Origin: Phoronis australis
Lineage: Eukaryota > Animalia > Phoronida
NCBI GenBank assembly: GCA_002633005.1
Contig: NMRA01000060.1
Coordinates: forward strand, 616,016-680,015
DNA length: 64,000 nt
Reading direction: 5' to 3'
A program made the position numbers and the translations under genes. This document shows positions 62,991-64,000 of this stretch, one piece after another. Each line of letters begins with the position of its first letter. Positions within the stretch are counted from its first letter, which is position 1. The notes below the pieces were generated by a model. That model was not told where the DNA came from, did no database searches, and saw only the letters and a program-made list of their open reading frames with translations.

Positions 62991-64000
62991 AGGGTAGTGA
63001 AGACAAACTCAAGTTGTTTTCGATTTACCAGAACTCAGCCGATCTGAGCAATTTTGAGGATGATGCGACTGCACAATCTATCACCTGTTCTGCCTACTCA
63101 CTTAACGCACACTATGCATTAACGTGCCCAAATCGACAAAGTCCTGATTATTATTATATACAATCTATAAATCGGTGGTGCATTGCTTTCAGAATTCGTT
63201 GTTAAATAACGATCACTTTTCAGAAAAAATGCTGAAACCCCAGGGCAGAAACTCGCCGACTGATGCCGTAGCTGCCTCGCGGTCGTCGATAGGGCAACTT
63301 GAATTCATGAATANAGATCAGTCACCCATCAGTGAATGCTCTAAACGTGTATACGAGTCATTGAACATTTCACAAACAGCACACTTACTGACTTATACTT
63401 GTCCATCCAAAGCCTGGTATTGTTCATTTGTTGTAATGTAAAACCTTCACGAGTTCGAACATTCATCCTTGTCCTCATTGTTTCTCACCTATCGAACGAG
63501 TCGATTACAGGTACAAGGTTTGTTGGTAATGCCGCTTTTTGTACTGGCTAACACGTCTTTTTCTGAATCTCGTAGAGCAGGACGACTGCGTTTCGCCTTC
63601 GGACGTACACTTCATTGACCTACCTCTCCCCGCCATTTGTATAAATTCTGTTGACCTCTAGATCTGTGGCTGCGCATGCGTTGTTGTAATGTTTATAAGC
63701 TGTTTAGCGGTCGGGATACTAAATTCTTTGTAAACATTTCATTCGTTTGTAGTATTAACAACGATTTTTTTCAAACTTTTTGCACAAGTTGAAAGTTAAT
63801 AACTTTTTGAACTCCATGTCACATCAAAAAACCGGCTTAAACGGCGTTAAGAGGTTTTTTCTTCTATAACTCGGACCATAGGCCTTTAACTGCAGATTAA
63901 ATACAAATCTGCGCTAGAGCGCAGTCCGCAACACGAGGAAAATCTCTGGAGGAACACCCATGTTGTCACGTGACGTTTGTTTTGAAGTTCGTCTACGTTT

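Overview
Eukaryotic, AT-rich, repeat-laden genomic DNA, not prokaryotic. The TE mix (Penelope-like, CR1/L2 LINEs, TTAA MITEs, 5-bp-TSD hAT-like MITEs) suggests a marine invertebrate, which is inference only. Most of the window appears to be one + strand gene that the ORF track misses: a 151-aa secreted, probably GPI-anchored three-finger (Ly6/uPAR, quiver/sleepless-like) protein. Its three coding exons (3915-3975, 35919-36053, 57520-57779) join through phase-1 introns of ~32 kb and ~21.5 kb, with a likely 5'UTR exon at 594-675. The introns hold decayed LINEs, a solo LTR inside a LINE, many MITEs with readable TIRs/TSDs, minisatellites and two inverted Penelope-like fragments. One Penelope-like fragment carries a GIY-YIG remnant, a tRNA-like Pol III cassette and a minimal hammerhead ribozyme; the antisense ribozyme is intact, while the copy sense to the host pre-mRNA has lost its core. 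A THAP-domain pseudogene split by a MITE lies downstream. Nearly all other ORF-track entries look spurious.
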